A stretch of 64,000 nucleotides of DNA from an uncultured Ignavibacteria bacterium (GTDB lineage: Bacteria > Zixibacteria > MSB-5A5 > DSPP01). The first letter of the stretch is position 1. Each line of letters starts with the position of its first letter. The notes beneath the pieces are model-generated. The model was not told the origin of the DNA, made no database searches, and was given only the letters and a program-made list of their open reading frames with translations. The stretch spans positions 13,492 to 77,491 of the forward strand of contig CAZSIT010000005.1 in the NCBI GenBank assembly GCA_964607165.1, in the 5' to 3' direction. Position numbers and translations under genes: made by a program. Shown one piece after another: positions 1-9,464 of the stretch.

Positions 1-1468
1 CAACGTCGGCATTGGCACCACCAGCCCCGGTTCTCATCAGCTTCAGGTCGGCCCGGGCGGGGCGGGGTTTGGAACCGACCTGCTCAACGTCACCGCCACG
101 AGCGGCAACAACGGCATAAGCGTCCGCAGCGGACCCGCCACCCCCGCGGCTACAGATGTGGCGGCGGTGCGCCTTTTCCGGGGAAGTTTTGAGACCGGTT
201 TCATCTCCGCGGAAAACGGTTACCTGTTCAAGATGTTCAACCGGATTGCCAGTGACGGCATCACCATCGACACCTTTGGGCAGACCGGCATCGGCACGAC
301 CACCCCAAAGAACAAATTGGATGTCGAAGGGGGAGCGGTAATTGGCGGGACCTACTCCGGCACCAACACCGCTCCGGCCCACGGCCTTTTGGTGCAGGGC
401 AACGTCGGCATCGGGACTACCAGCCCCGAGGAAGCCTTGCACGTTCACGAAGGAAGCGCAGGCGCCGTTACCGCCAACGCCAGCTCGGTTGCCGTCTTTG
501 AGAAAGCGGGAGCCGCCTACCTTTCCATCCTTACCCCGGATGCCAACGAAAAGGGCATTCTTTTTGGACAACCGGCCAATGCCCAAGCGGGGGGAATTAT
601 CTACGACGCCGGTTCCATACAGGATGGATTTCAGTTCCGGACTTTAAATAACTCAACCAGAATGGTGATAACCGACACCGGCGATGTCGGCATCGGGACG
701 ACCACGCCCGACGCAGGGCTCGAGGTGCAGCGAAGTGGCGTAACCGTGGCGGCGTTTGACCGTCAGACGAACGACGGAACGGTGATTTCCATTCAGCAGG
801 CCGGCATCCAGGAAGGGACCATCAGCGTCTCCGGTGTCACCGTCAGCTACAATGCTTTTACCGGTTCGCACTACGGCTGGACGGAGGAACTACTGGAACG
901 GGGGGAATTGGTTACGCTCACCGGAAAAAACCGCTCCTCTCACGATAATCCCAAATCCGAGGTTATCTATGGCGTCAAGCGGTCAACCATTCCCAACGAC
1001 CCGGCCTGTTTGGGGTCGTATCTTGGCTTGCAGGAATCAGGCCAACCGGCCGGCCCGGAAAACCCCCACCTCGTAATGGCGGTTGGCAATGGCGATATGT
1101 GGGTGGTGGATGAAGGCAAGGATGTCGAGATTGGCGATTATCTAATCTCTTCGAGCACATCTGGGCATGCAATGAAAGACAACGAAGAGTTTCCCACCAG
1201 CTATATCATCGCCCGGGCGGCTGAACCAGTGCGCTGGAGCGAAGTTACGGAAACCGCGGTGGGCAAGAAGCACAGGAAAATCTCGGTTTTCTTCGAAAGC
1301 TTCGTTAAGGTAAACATGCAGCCGTTTACCAGCGAACTATCACAGCTAAAAGCCGAAAACGAAAGCTTGAAAGGAAAAATGGAAGAACTGCAATCTCTTG
1401 TGCAGAAACTTTTGGCCAAAGAAAAAGGAGGGTTGGGCGAAGGATACACGCTGAAGTCGGAGAGATAG
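1..1468 (+). CDS. Glycine-rich repeat protein (repeated GNVGIGTTSP..L.V units) with a tail-fibre-like C-terminal region and terminal coiled coil. The 5' end is truncated by the window edge.
   Basis: The frame-2 ORF is open from position 2 and stops at 1466-1468. It shows NVGIGTT(S/T)P repeats at regular spacing and a heptad-like C-terminus (SELSQLKAENESLKGKMEELQSLVQKLLAKEK). This resembles tail-fibre-domain (peptidase S74 chaperone-type) proteins of Bacteroidota-like genomes. Confidence 0.55.
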   Translation, partial: NVGIGTTSPGSHQLQVGPGGAGFGTDLLNVTATSGNNGISVRSGPATPAATDVAAVRLFRGSFETGFISAENGYLFKMFNRIASDGITIDTFGQTGIGTTTPKNKLDVEGGAVIGGTYSGTNTAPAHGLLVQGNVGIGTTSPEEALHVHEGSAGAVTANASSVAVFEKAGAAYLSILTPDANEKGILFGQPANAQAGGIIYDAGSIQDGFQFRTLNNSTRMVITDTGDVGIGTTTPDAGLEVQRSGVTVAAFDRQTNDGTVISIQQAGIQEGTISVSGVTVSYNAFTGSHYGWTEELLERGELVTLTGKNRSSHDNPKSEVIYGVKRSTIPNDPACLGSYLGLQESGQPAGPENPHLVMAVGNGDMWVVDEGKDVEIGDYLISSSTSGHAMKDNEEFPTSYIIARAAEPVRWSEVTETAVGKKHRKISVFFESFVKVNMQPFTSELSQLKAENESLKGKMEELQSLVQKLLAKEKGGLGEGYTLKSER

Positions 1469-1480
1469 CCGGCATCAAGG

Positions 1481-1508
1481 GTAGGGGCGTATTGCAATAC
1501 GCCCCTAC
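1481..1508. repeat. REP element: perfect 28-bp palindrome GTAGGGGCGTATTGCAATACGCCCCTAC.
   Basis: It is a self-complementary palindrome read directly. It shares the GTAGGGGC/GCCCCTAC termini with more than 12 other hairpins in the window. Confidence 0.8.
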
Positions 1509-1576
1509 AAAACAACCTCACCCTTAATCCCTCTCCATCCTTCGGCTACGCTCAGGACAAGCGGGGTGGAGAGGGA

Positions 1577-1755
1577 GGGCGATGGATTCGACTTCGCTCA
1601 CCACAAGTTCACGAATCGCCCCTACATTAAAATCTGGTAGGGGCAGACCTCCGTGTCTGGCTTTCTTAAAAAGTGGGCGAACACGTAGGTTCGCCCCTAC
1701 GGTTGCGTCAGGAATAATTCCTGACGCAAGGGGCACGTTGCAACGTGCCCCTACA
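1577..1755. repeat. Cluster of REP-like hairpins (1577-1625, 1637-1661, 1673-1700, 1730-1754) interleaved with one TCAGGAATAATTCCTGA palindrome at 1705-1727.
   Basis: Each unit is a GC-rich stem that ends in CCCCTAC or starts with GTAGGGG, for example GGGCGAACacgtagGTTCGCCCCTAC and GGGGCACGTTGCAACGTGCCCCTAC. Confidence 0.7.
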
Positions 1756-2032
1756 TGAAAAACAGGGATTAGGGATTAGAAGAAAAAAGAGCCGCTTTAA
1801 TATTGATTTTGCGCCTCCCTAAATTGTTTCACGTGAAACAATTCCCTTAAGGCAAAAAGCCGCTTCGCCTTTGCCAAACGCGAAACGGATTTTTCGTAGG
1901 GGCGAACAGCCGCTCGTCCCTGGTGGTAGCCTCGACTTCACTTGTCCTGAGCGAAGTCGAAGGAGTCGAGGGTTTTCCGACACTTCCCTCGACTACACTC
2001 GCGACAAGAAAGTGTCGGCTACCAGCCATAAT

Positions 2033-2057
2033 CCCCTCTCCATTAAATGGAGAGGGG
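2033..2057. repeat. REP subtype CCCCTCTCCATTAAATGGAGAGGGG.
   Basis: It is a palindrome. The same stem recurs at 1529-1575 (long loop), 31367-31390 and 34172-34198. Confidence 0.7.
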
Positions 2058-2111
2058 GTTCGGGGGTGAGGTAAACTTGCTCCCCCTCTCTTTTTTTCGT
2101 AGCTTAATCCA

Positions 2112-2780
2112 GTGCAAAAAATGGTGACCCTCGAGGATGTTAAAAAAAACGAGGAAGTTCAATCTTTTATTGAAATGGCCGACCGCGTTCTTGGGGTCAT
2201 CGGCTACACCGAGCACGGCTTGCGTCACACCGCCCTGGTGGCCAATATTGCCCACAACGTGATGAGCCGGCTCAAGCGCCCGGAGCGCCAGGCCCAGCTG
2301 GCCTCAATCGCCGCCTTGCTGCACGACGTCGGCAACGTGATATCGCGCGACTACCACGCCCAGACCGGAGCTTTGATCGCCCAGCGGGTTTTGTCGCAAA
2401 TGGGGATGCCGACCGAGGAGGTTCTGGAAATTATGGCGGCCATTGGCAATCACGAAGAACGCGGCGGGCAGCCGGTGAACGAAATCGGCGCGGCCTTGAT
2501 TTTGGCGGACAAATCGGACGTGCACCGCTCGCGGGTGCGCGTCACCGGTTCCATCACCCAGGACATTCACGACCGGGTCAATTATGCCGCCACTTCATCT
2601 TTTCTTCGAGTAGAAGAGGGAGACAGCACTATTTCTCTGGAAATCAGAATTGACACTTCCATTTCACAGGTAATGGAATATTTTGAGATTTTTCTTTCGC
2701 GGATGGCCTTTTGCCGGCGGGCGGCGGAATTTTTGAAAACCAAGTTTGAGCTGGAAATCAACGGGCAGCGGCTTTTATGA
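2112..2780 (+). CDS. HD-domain phosphohydrolase.
   Basis: It carries the H..HD metal-binding motif (HGLRHTALVANIAH ... LLHDVGN) and has the size typical of standalone HD hydrolases. Confidence 0.7.
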   Translation: MQKMVTLEDVKKNEEVQSFIEMADRVLGVIGYTEHGLRHTALVANIAHNVMSRLKRPERQAQLASIAALLHDVGNVISRDYHAQTGALIAQRVLSQMGMPTEEVLEIMAAIGNHEERGGQPVNEIGAALILADKSDVHRSRVRVTGSITQDIHDRVNYAATSSFLRVEEGDSTISLEIRIDTSISQVMEYFEIFLSRMAFCRRAAEFLKTKFELEINGQRLL

Positions 2781-3799
2781 GCGAATACAAAAAAGCGGGC
2801 GTGGACATCGCCTTAGCCGAGCAGGTCAAAAACAAAATCAAACTGCAAGTGGCTTCCACGCGCACGCCGGCGGTTTTGGCGGATGTAGGCGCTTTTGGAG
2901 GGATGTTCGCTTTTCCCAGAGATTATAAGGAACCGGTTTTGGTGGCGACCACCGATGGGGTCGGAACTAAACTGAAAGTGGCAATTACAGCAGGAAGATT
3001 AGATACGGTCGGCGAAGATTTGGTCAACCACTCGGTCAACGACCTTTTGGTTCAGGGAGCGGCGCCGCTTTTCTTTATGGATTATCAGGCCTGGGGAAAG
3101 TTGGATGCCGCCGCCGGAGAAAGTTTGATGGAAGGACTCGTCCGCGGCTGCAAACGGCACAACTGCCCGCTTTTGGGCGGCGAAACGGCGGAGATGCCGG
3201 GATTTTATGCTCCCGGCGAGTTCGACTTGGCCGGTTTTATGGTTGGGATTGTCGAGCGCAAAAAAATTCTGGACGGACGGGCAATTACGGCGGGGGATGT
3301 TTTGATTGGCTTGGCCTCGTCCGGCCTGCACACCAATGGATATTCGCTGGCGCGCAAAGTTTTGCTCGACTCCGGCACGTTCAAGCTGGACAGTTTTTTG
3401 CCGGATTACCGGGCGACTTTGGCGGATGAATTGTTGCGGGTACATCGTTCCTATTTTCACCTCTTGCATCCATTGATTTTGCAGGGAAAACTCTCCGGTT
3501 TGGCGCATATTACCGGCGGGGGAATTCCGGGAAACTTGATTCGCATTCTGCCCTCGGGCGCTACGGCGATTGTCGATACCGGTGCTTGGGAGGTGCCGCC
3601 GATTTTTCGGCTTATACAAAAAGCGGGTGAAGTCGGTAAACAGGAAATGTATCAGGTTTTCAATATGGGAATCGGAATGGTTTGCGTGGTGCCAAAAGAC
3701 AAGGTGGATGACTTCATGCGCGACTTGAAAGGCCGGGAAGAAAAATTCTGGACTATCGGCGAGATTTCGACCGGCAAGCACGAGGTTGTGTTGAAGTGA
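2777..3799 (+). CDS. purM: Phosphoribosylformylglycinamidine cyclo-ligase (AIR synthetase).
   Basis: It aligns over full length to PurM (VGAFGGMF, GGETAEMPG, HITGGG motifs). Its ATG overlaps the upstream stop as ATGA. Confidence 0.92.
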   Translation: MSEYKKAGVDIALAEQVKNKIKLQVASTRTPAVLADVGAFGGMFAFPRDYKEPVLVATTDGVGTKLKVAITAGRLDTVGEDLVNHSVNDLLVQGAAPLFFMDYQAWGKLDAAAGESLMEGLVRGCKRHNCPLLGGETAEMPGFYAPGEFDLAGFMVGIVERKKILDGRAITAGDVLIGLASSGLHTNGYSLARKVLLDSGTFKLDSFLPDYRATLADELLRVHRSYFHLLHPLILQGKLSGLAHITGGGIPGNLIRILPSGATAIVDTGAWEVPPIFRLIQKAGEVGKQEMYQVFNMGIGMVCVVPKDKVDDFMRDLKGREEKFWTIGEISTGKHEVVLK

Positions 3800-4140
3800 G
3801 CCAGGTCTTGGAGCCGGTTTTAAAGAAACTGGAAGAGTTGGGAAAAGTGATTGTGGCCTTGGGGCCGCCGGGGGCATCGGCCAATTTAGTGGGGGAAATT
3901 TCCTTTAAGGTGAGCCCCAACGAGATATTGTTAGAAGTAAAAGGGTGCGGCTGCCACGTGCATATTCAATCCAACGGCTTTCAAACTTTGCATTTCAAAG
4001 AGGAAGAGTCCGGACAGGGGGAAGAGCCGGTAGTGGAGTTTGCCGATGCCCAGGATCAGCCGGTTCTGCGCATCTGGTGCCCGTACGAACCGGAAAAATA
4101 TTTCGCCGTGCGGGACTTTCTGCAGCACGGCTCGGCCTAA
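3796..4140 (+). CDS. Hypothetical small protein with a CGCHVH motif.
   Basis: The ORF has a GTG start overlapping the purM stop as GTGA, lies on the same strand and fills the purM-gpmI gap. No family was recognised. Confidence 0.35.
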   Translation: MSQVLEPVLKKLEELGKVIVALGPPGASANLVGEISFKVSPNEILLEVKGCGCHVHIQSNGFQTLHFKEEESGQGEEPVVEFADAQDQPVLRIWCPYEPEKYFAVRDFLQHGSA

Positions 4141-4147
4141 TTAAAAA

Positions 4148-5668
4148 ATGCTTATCCTTATCATTTTGGACGGCTACGGCATTCGGGAGGCCGATTCTTA
4201 CAATGCGGTCACCCTGGCAAAAAAACCGAATTTAGATCGGCTGTTTTCGCAAAATCCATATACCCAACTGGGGGCTTCGGGCCGTTCGGTCGGTCTGCCG
4301 GAAGGGCAGATGGGTAACTCGGAAGTGGGGCATATGAACTTTGGCGCCGGCAGAATCGTCTATCAGGAAATCACCCGCATCGACAAGGCTATTGAAGAAG
4401 GGGAGTTTTTCGAAAATCCGGCATTGATCGAGGCCTTGGAAAAGACCAAGAAGGATAAAGTAAAGCTGCATATTTTAGGGTTGGTCTCGGACGGCGGAGT
4501 GCATTCCTCCGTAGAGCACCTTTTTGCTTTACTTCAAATGGCCAAGGAACGGAAAGTTCGCGATGTCTTTGTGCACGCTTTTTTGGACGGGCGCGATTGC
4601 CCGCCCATTTCCGGTGCAGGTTTTATTCAGCAGGTTCTCGATTTTTGTTTGCGCGAGAAAATAGGCGAGCTGGCCACGATTTGCGGACGCTACTTCGCAA
4701 TGGATAGAGATAAGCGCTGGGAAAGGACTTCCAAAGCCTACCGGCTCATCGTCGCCGGTGAAGGCGCCAAAACCAAAGACCCGGTTGGAGCGGTTAAAAA
4801 TTTCTACGACCAAAAGATTACGGATGAATTTATGGAGCCGATTTACGTCGAGAGCAGCCGGCCTAATTTGATTGCGGAAGGTGACTGTGTCATCTTCTTC
4901 AATTTTCGTACCGACCGGGGACGGCAGCTTTCCTTTCTTTTAACCGAGCCCTCAATGGATGTTGAAGGAATAAAAAAGAAGTCGCGGATCGATTTGTACA
5001 CAATGACTCATTATGACGACAAATTGCAAGCCAAAGTTGCTTTTCCGCAAATGGTTTTGAAAAATATTTTTGGTGAAGTGCTATCGCGCGCAGGAAAAAG
5101 ACAGTTGCGGATTGCCGAAACGGAAAAATATCCGCACGTCACCTTTTTTTTCAACGGACAAAACGAAACGCCCTTTTCGGGCGAAGACCGCATTTTAATC
5201 CCTTCCCCCAAAGTTCCCACTTACGATTTGCAGCCGGAGATGAGCGCCCCGGAAGTGACCGAAAAAGTGGTTGAAGCGGTTTTATCGCGCAAATATGACG
5301 TTATTATACTGAACTATGCCAATCCGGATATGGTGGGGCATACGGGAGTTTTGAAGGCGGCCATGGCGGCAGTGGAAACGGTAGATACCGGAGTGGGGAA
5401 AGTTATGGATGCAGTGCGAAAAGTCGGCGGCACCGCTTTAATAACCGCCGACCACGGGAACTGCGAAACGATGTGGGACTTTGCCACCAACGGCCCGCAT
5501 ACGGCGCACACCACCAACCCGGTGCCCTGTACGCTGATCGCTCCGGAAAAGAGGTATGCTTTGCGCTCCGGCGGAATTTTGGCTGACTTTGCCCCGACTT
5601 TTTTAGAGCTTTTGGGCATTCCTCAGCCCGCCGAAATGACCGGCCGCTCGCTTATTGCGAATGACTGA
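4148..5668 (+). CDS. gpmI: 2,3-bisphosphoglycerate-independent phosphoglycerate mutase.
   Basis: It shows full-length iPGM hallmarks (ILDGYG...NAV, GNSEVGH, DHGN). Confidence 0.92.
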   Translation: MLILIILDGYGIREADSYNAVTLAKKPNLDRLFSQNPYTQLGASGRSVGLPEGQMGNSEVGHMNFGAGRIVYQEITRIDKAIEEGEFFENPALIEALEKTKKDKVKLHILGLVSDGGVHSSVEHLFALLQMAKERKVRDVFVHAFLDGRDCPPISGAGFIQQVLDFCLREKIGELATICGRYFAMDRDKRWERTSKAYRLIVAGEGAKTKDPVGAVKNFYDQKITDEFMEPIYVESSRPNLIAEGDCVIFFNFRTDRGRQLSFLLTEPSMDVEGIKKKSRIDLYTMTHYDDKLQAKVAFPQMVLKNIFGEVLSRAGKRQLRIAETEKYPHVTFFFNGQNETPFSGEDRILIPSPKVPTYDLQPEMSAPEVTEKVVEAVLSRKYDVIILNYANPDMVGHTGVLKAAMAAVETVDTGVGKVMDAVRKVGGTALITADHGNCETMWDFATNGPHTAHTTNPVPCTLIAPEKRYALRSGGILADFAPTFLELLGIPQPAEMTGRSLIAND

Positions 5669-7211
5669 AGTTTTGGAAACCGGCAAACAGGTCGGCACTT
5701 ATTTAGAGACGAAACCAAGAATTTTTCTGCGCGATTATTTTTTGATCGTTTTTAGCGCACTGGCTTTAATTTTTGCCTATCCGCCTTTTCCAACCGGCTT
5801 TTTAGCTTATTTCGCTTTAGTTCCGTTGCTTTTTGCTTTGAAGAATAAAACTCCAAAACAACATCTTGGACTGGCTTATGTCTATGGTCTTATCTCCAAT
5901 GCCGGACTGCTTTTTTGGACCTGGAGGGTGACTTTGCCCGGCACGGTGGCGATGATTCTGATTTTGGCGCTCTACTGGGCTGTGCCGTTCTGGCTTTTTG
6001 GGCATATGAAAAAAGTTTGGGGAAATAAGGCCTATTTTATTCTACCTTTTCTCTTAGTCGGGCTGGAATACTTCCGCACCCTGGGAGAGTTGGCTTTTCC
6101 CTGGACTAATTTAAGCTACACCCAGAGCTACTACACCGCCTGGTTGCAGGTTTTGCCTTTTGCGGGAGATACTTTACTTTCCTTTTGGATTGTGATTCTC
6201 AATCTGCTGATTTTTTACGCGTTACAAGTTTCCGGCAAGAAGCGCTGGCTCGGTTTTGCGGCTGGTTTCCTCTTATGGTTAGTTCCGGGAGTTTACGGCG
6301 GTTGGGTCCTGGATAACGCAAAGAGCGAGCCGGCTTTGAAGGTTGCACTTTTGCAGGGAAATATCGACAGTTACAGCAAGTGGGATTCGGCTTTCACCCA
6401 GTCCAGCTTTGATACCTATAGCGAATTAGCCTTCAAAGCTTCCGTTTTTGGCGCTGACTTTTTAGTCTGGCCGGAAACGGCCGCCCCCTGTTATCTCTTG
6501 CGGGAGCCGAACTATTTATATCAGGTGATGGCCATTTCCAACGTAATTAAAAAAGAGATGTTAGTCGGGACTTTGGATTACCGCTCGGTGGGGCCGAATC
6601 AATACCTTTATTATAATGCCGCCTTTCATTTCGATACGTTGGGCCGCACTTCGTTTCCCTATTGTAAAATGCATTTGGTGCCGTTTGGAGAAACGATTCC
6701 GTTTTCGGGAAAATTGAAAGTTCTCCAAGATATTCACGTCGGCCAGGCCGATTTTACTCCGGGAGATTCGATTCTGCTTTTAAAATCTTCCTTCAGCCCG
6801 TATGGAGTTTTGATTTGCTTCGAAGCGGTCTTTCCCGATCTGGTTCGGCGTTTCGTTTTGAAAGGAGCCGGGTTTTTGGTCGGCATCACCAACGATGGCT
6901 GGTACGGCCGCACCTCCGGGCCCTATCAGCATGAGCGGATTGCCCTTTTTCGGGCGGTGGAAAATCGGATTGCCTTTGTGCGCGCCGCCAATTCCGGTGT
7001 TTCCGCCGGTTTTGACCCGTATGGACAGGTTTTGTCGCAGAGCGGGCTTTTTAAAAAGCAGATTATTCTTGCTTCCATCCCCTTAAAGGGCAAAACCACT
7101 TTTTATACCCGCTGGGGAGATTTTTTCCCGCAGATTTGTTCGGTAATTAGTTTGCTTTCTTTTCTTTCTTTAATGGAAACAAAGCGTAGAAAAAAAGCTG
7201 GAAGAGTTTAG
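5655..7211 (+). CDS. lnt: Apolipoprotein N-acyltransferase.
   Basis: It has N-terminal multi-TM helices plus a C-terminal CN-hydrolase domain (LLQGNI, WPETAAP, CFEAVF). Confidence 0.88.
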   Translation: MRMTEVLETGKQVGTYLETKPRIFLRDYFLIVFSALALIFAYPPFPTGFLAYFALVPLLFALKNKTPKQHLGLAYVYGLISNAGLLFWTWRVTLPGTVAMILILALYWAVPFWLFGHMKKVWGNKAYFILPFLLVGLEYFRTLGELAFPWTNLSYTQSYYTAWLQVLPFAGDTLLSFWIVILNLLIFYALQVSGKKRWLGFAAGFLLWLVPGVYGGWVLDNAKSEPALKVALLQGNIDSYSKWDSAFTQSSFDTYSELAFKASVFGADFLVWPETAAPCYLLREPNYLYQVMAISNVIKKEMLVGTLDYRSVGPNQYLYYNAAFHFDTLGRTSFPYCKMHLVPFGETIPFSGKLKVLQDIHVGQADFTPGDSILLLKSSFSPYGVLICFEAVFPDLVRRFVLKGAGFLVGITNDGWYGRTSGPYQHERIALFRAVENRIAFVRAANSGVSAGFDPYGQVLSQSGLFKKQIILASIPLKGKTTFYTRWGDFFPQICSVISLLSFLSLMETKRRKKAGRV

Positions 7212-7212
7212 A

Positions 7213-9462
7213 ATGAAGAAAAGCCTTCTTTTACTTGCAGTTTTATGTATGGTCGTTGCTTCTTCAGCCCGGGCTTTGGTAGTCGGGTCTTGGAAAAACT
7301 TTACAAACACTAATGACGTGCGCGGTTTTGCTTATACCCAAGGTTTTCTCTGGGTGGCTACCACGGGTGGGCTGGTCAAGTTTAATCCGGCCACCAATTC
7401 ACGCGAAGTTTTTACCAACGCCGAAGGCTTGGGGGGAAACTTTCTTTTATCCATCGCCGCCGATGCAAAAGGAAATCTGTGGATGGGGGCGGACAATGGA
7501 ACTTTGACCAAATACGAACCGGGTCAAAACCGTTTTACGATTTTTCCATTTATCGACCGGGATAATCGCGCTTTGAAACTTCAATCTATTCTACCCGACG
7601 GCGACCGGCTCTGGATTGGCACCGATGTCGGCGTGGCACTGTTTTTGACCGAGCGGAACGGGGGTGAGATTAAAGAGATTTACCGGCAGTTCGGCTCCAT
7701 CGATATCGAAACACCGGTCCGGGCCCTGACTTTTTTTCGCGATTCCATCTGGGTAGCCACGCCGCAAGGAGTGGCGGGGGCATCCAAAAACGACCCGAAT
7801 TTGCTCGATTTTTCCCACTGGAAAAGCTTCCGGAAGAGCCCCAGCATCGGTTTAACCAGTGAGGACTGTTATTCCCTTTTAGTATTTCAGGATACCCTTT
7901 TAGTTGGCACCTCCAGCGGCGTTTTTGCTTACCTTCCTGATTCGGTTCGCTTTCGGGCCTATCGTTCGCATTTGGCCTCCGGCCTTGTCGCCTCGATGGC
8001 TTTCGCGGGCGATACCTTGTTTTCCGCCTGGCAATATGGATTGGTGGGTACGATTCCTGGGAACTATTTCGACATGGCGGGCGACTCCGTCAACAACTCG
8101 CGTTTTTTCCCCTCGCTTTTTATTACACCTCAAAAAGAGCTCTTTGTTTCCTTGAACGGGCGCGGTTTTGCCAGGGACCGCGGAGAAAGAAGTTTTGAAA
8201 GGCCTTCGGGAAAAATTTTTCGTCCCCCTGGCCCGCCTGGAAATTACTTTGATGACCTGGCCGTCGATGCGGCCGGGCGGGTCTGGTGTTCCAACGATAT
8301 TTATGGCGCCTCGATGTTTGATGTTAATAGCTCGAAGTGGACGGTTTTTGACACTGTTCCAGAGCTGACGGGACAGGCTTGGGGGATAGATATTGACCAA
8401 GCTGACAACAAATGGTATTCCTTCTGGGGCGGGGGCGCTTCCGTAGCGTGGGGTTTTCAGCCGGATAGTCTTTTACGGTACGACACTTTGAATTCACCTC
8501 TGGTGGGTATTCCCGGTTTCAACTATTTCGTTTTAGTGACGGATGTAGCCGTAGATTATCAGGGGAACGTATGGTTTGCCAACAGTCTATCTTCCAACGG
8601 GCAGGCACTGGTGGTTCGCAAACCGGACGGTAGCTTTGAAGTTTTCGGCCCGGCGGACGGTTTTTTTTCCAATGATATTGTGGCTTTATATCCCGCTGGC
8701 GATCATATCTGGATTGCTTTTAAACCGACTGGGGGTCCGGGGGTGGCTGACTTTAACTTTAACGGCACGGTTTCGAACCACAGCGATGATGTTTTAATTT
8801 ACTACAATAAAGACAATAACTTTATTCTCTCCAATCGGGTGACCGCTATTACCGTTGACCGCCGGGGTACTTTGTGGGCCGGCACCGGCCTCGGTTTATC
8901 CCGCTTCAATGCCGATTTTCAGGTTTTTGAAACGATTAACTTGCCCCAGCCGCTTGGCCCGCAGGTGAATTCGATTGTCGTTGACCCGCGCAACAATAAA
9001 TGGATTGGCACAACGCGGGGATTGGCCGTGATTACCGAGGAAGAAGAAATGTTTGGCCCCTATTTGCCGGAAAATTCCGGTCTGGTCAGCCCTTTGATTA
9101 ACGATATGGTTTTCGACCCAAAGACCGGCTACCTGTGGATTGGCACAACCGGTGGACTCTCGCGTCTTTCCACCCAAGTTTTGGAGGAAGCTGCCCCGCT
9201 TTTAAAAGTGGAAGCGTTTCCCAATCCTTTGTTATTGCGCGATACGGGAGGGAGGGCTTATTTCCGGGGTCTTCCTTTGGATGCAACGGTGAACGTATAT
9301 AACATAGCCGGTGAAGAAGTGCGCAGCCTGAAAAACAGCGATTTTTGGGATGGCAGAAACTCCAAAGGAGAGTTGGTGGCTTCAGGAGTTTACCTTTTTT
9401 TGGTCGCCGACTCGAACGGAGAGCGTTTTACCGGAAAATTAGCCGTCATTCGCCAATTCTGA
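7213..9462 (+). CDS. Secreted beta-propeller repeat protein (two-component-regulator propeller type) with a C-terminal T9SS/FlgD-Ig-like sorting domain.
   Basis: It has a signal peptide, repeated WIGT/WVAT propeller blades, and a C-terminus (AFPNP...VNVYNIAGEEVRSL...WDGRN..GE.VASGVYLF.V...GKLAVIR) matching the FlgD-Ig/por-secretion CTD. Confidence 0.6.
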   Translation: MKKSLLLLAVLCMVVASSARALVVGSWKNFTNTNDVRGFAYTQGFLWVATTGGLVKFNPATNSREVFTNAEGLGGNFLLSIAADAKGNLWMGADNGTLTKYEPGQNRFTIFPFIDRDNRALKLQSILPDGDRLWIGTDVGVALFLTERNGGEIKEIYRQFGSIDIETPVRALTFFRDSIWVATPQGVAGASKNDPNLLDFSHWKSFRKSPSIGLTSEDCYSLLVFQDTLLVGTSSGVFAYLPDSVRFRAYRSHLASGLVASMAFAGDTLFSAWQYGLVGTIPGNYFDMAGDSVNNSRFFPSLFITPQKELFVSLNGRGFARDRGERSFERPSGKIFRPPGPPGNYFDDLAVDAAGRVWCSNDIYGASMFDVNSSKWTVFDTVPELTGQAWGIDIDQADNKWYSFWGGGASVAWGFQPDSLLRYDTLNSPLVGIPGFNYFVLVTDVAVDYQGNVWFANSLSSNGQALVVRKPDGSFEVFGPADGFFSNDIVALYPAGDHIWIAFKPTGGPGVADFNFNGTVSNHSDDVLIYYNKDNNFILSNRVTAITVDRRGTLWAGTGLGLSRFNADFQVFETINLPQPLGPQVNSIVVDPRNNKWIGTTRGLAVITEEEEMFGPYLPENSGLVSPLINDMVFDPKTGYLWIGTTGGLSRLSTQVLEEAAPLLKVEAFPNPLLLRDTGGRAYFRGLPLDATVNVYNIAGEEVRSLKNSDFWDGRNSKGELVASGVYLFLVADSNGERFTGKLAVIRQF

Positions 9463-9464
9463 CC

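Noticed and set aside
1847-2074. ORFs 1847-2029(-) and 1871-2074(+) in the intergenic region after the tail-fibre-like gene.
   Set aside because: They are composed entirely of REP hairpins and the nested inverted-repeat element. Their translation products mirror palindromic DNA, so they are non-coding.
1-2100. Prophage call based on the tail-fibre-like gene.
   Set aside because: No capsid, terminase, tail-tube or integrase genes occur in the 64 kb. Downstream genes are housekeeping. This cannot be assessed without upstream sequence.
2999-3877. Long antisense ORFs inside conserved genes: 2999-3877(-), 7900-8400(-), 18749-19285(-), 30338-30898(-), 40300-41139(-), 47261-47791(-), 55907-56533(-), 59833-60360(-) and 61054-61830(-).
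   Set aside because: All lie opposite strongly conserved, well-supported genes (purM, ftsI/murE, ftsZ, the methyltransferase, DAHPS, aroA and so on). Their products are low-complexity R/P/G-rich, as expected for spurious ORFs in GC-rich antisense frames.
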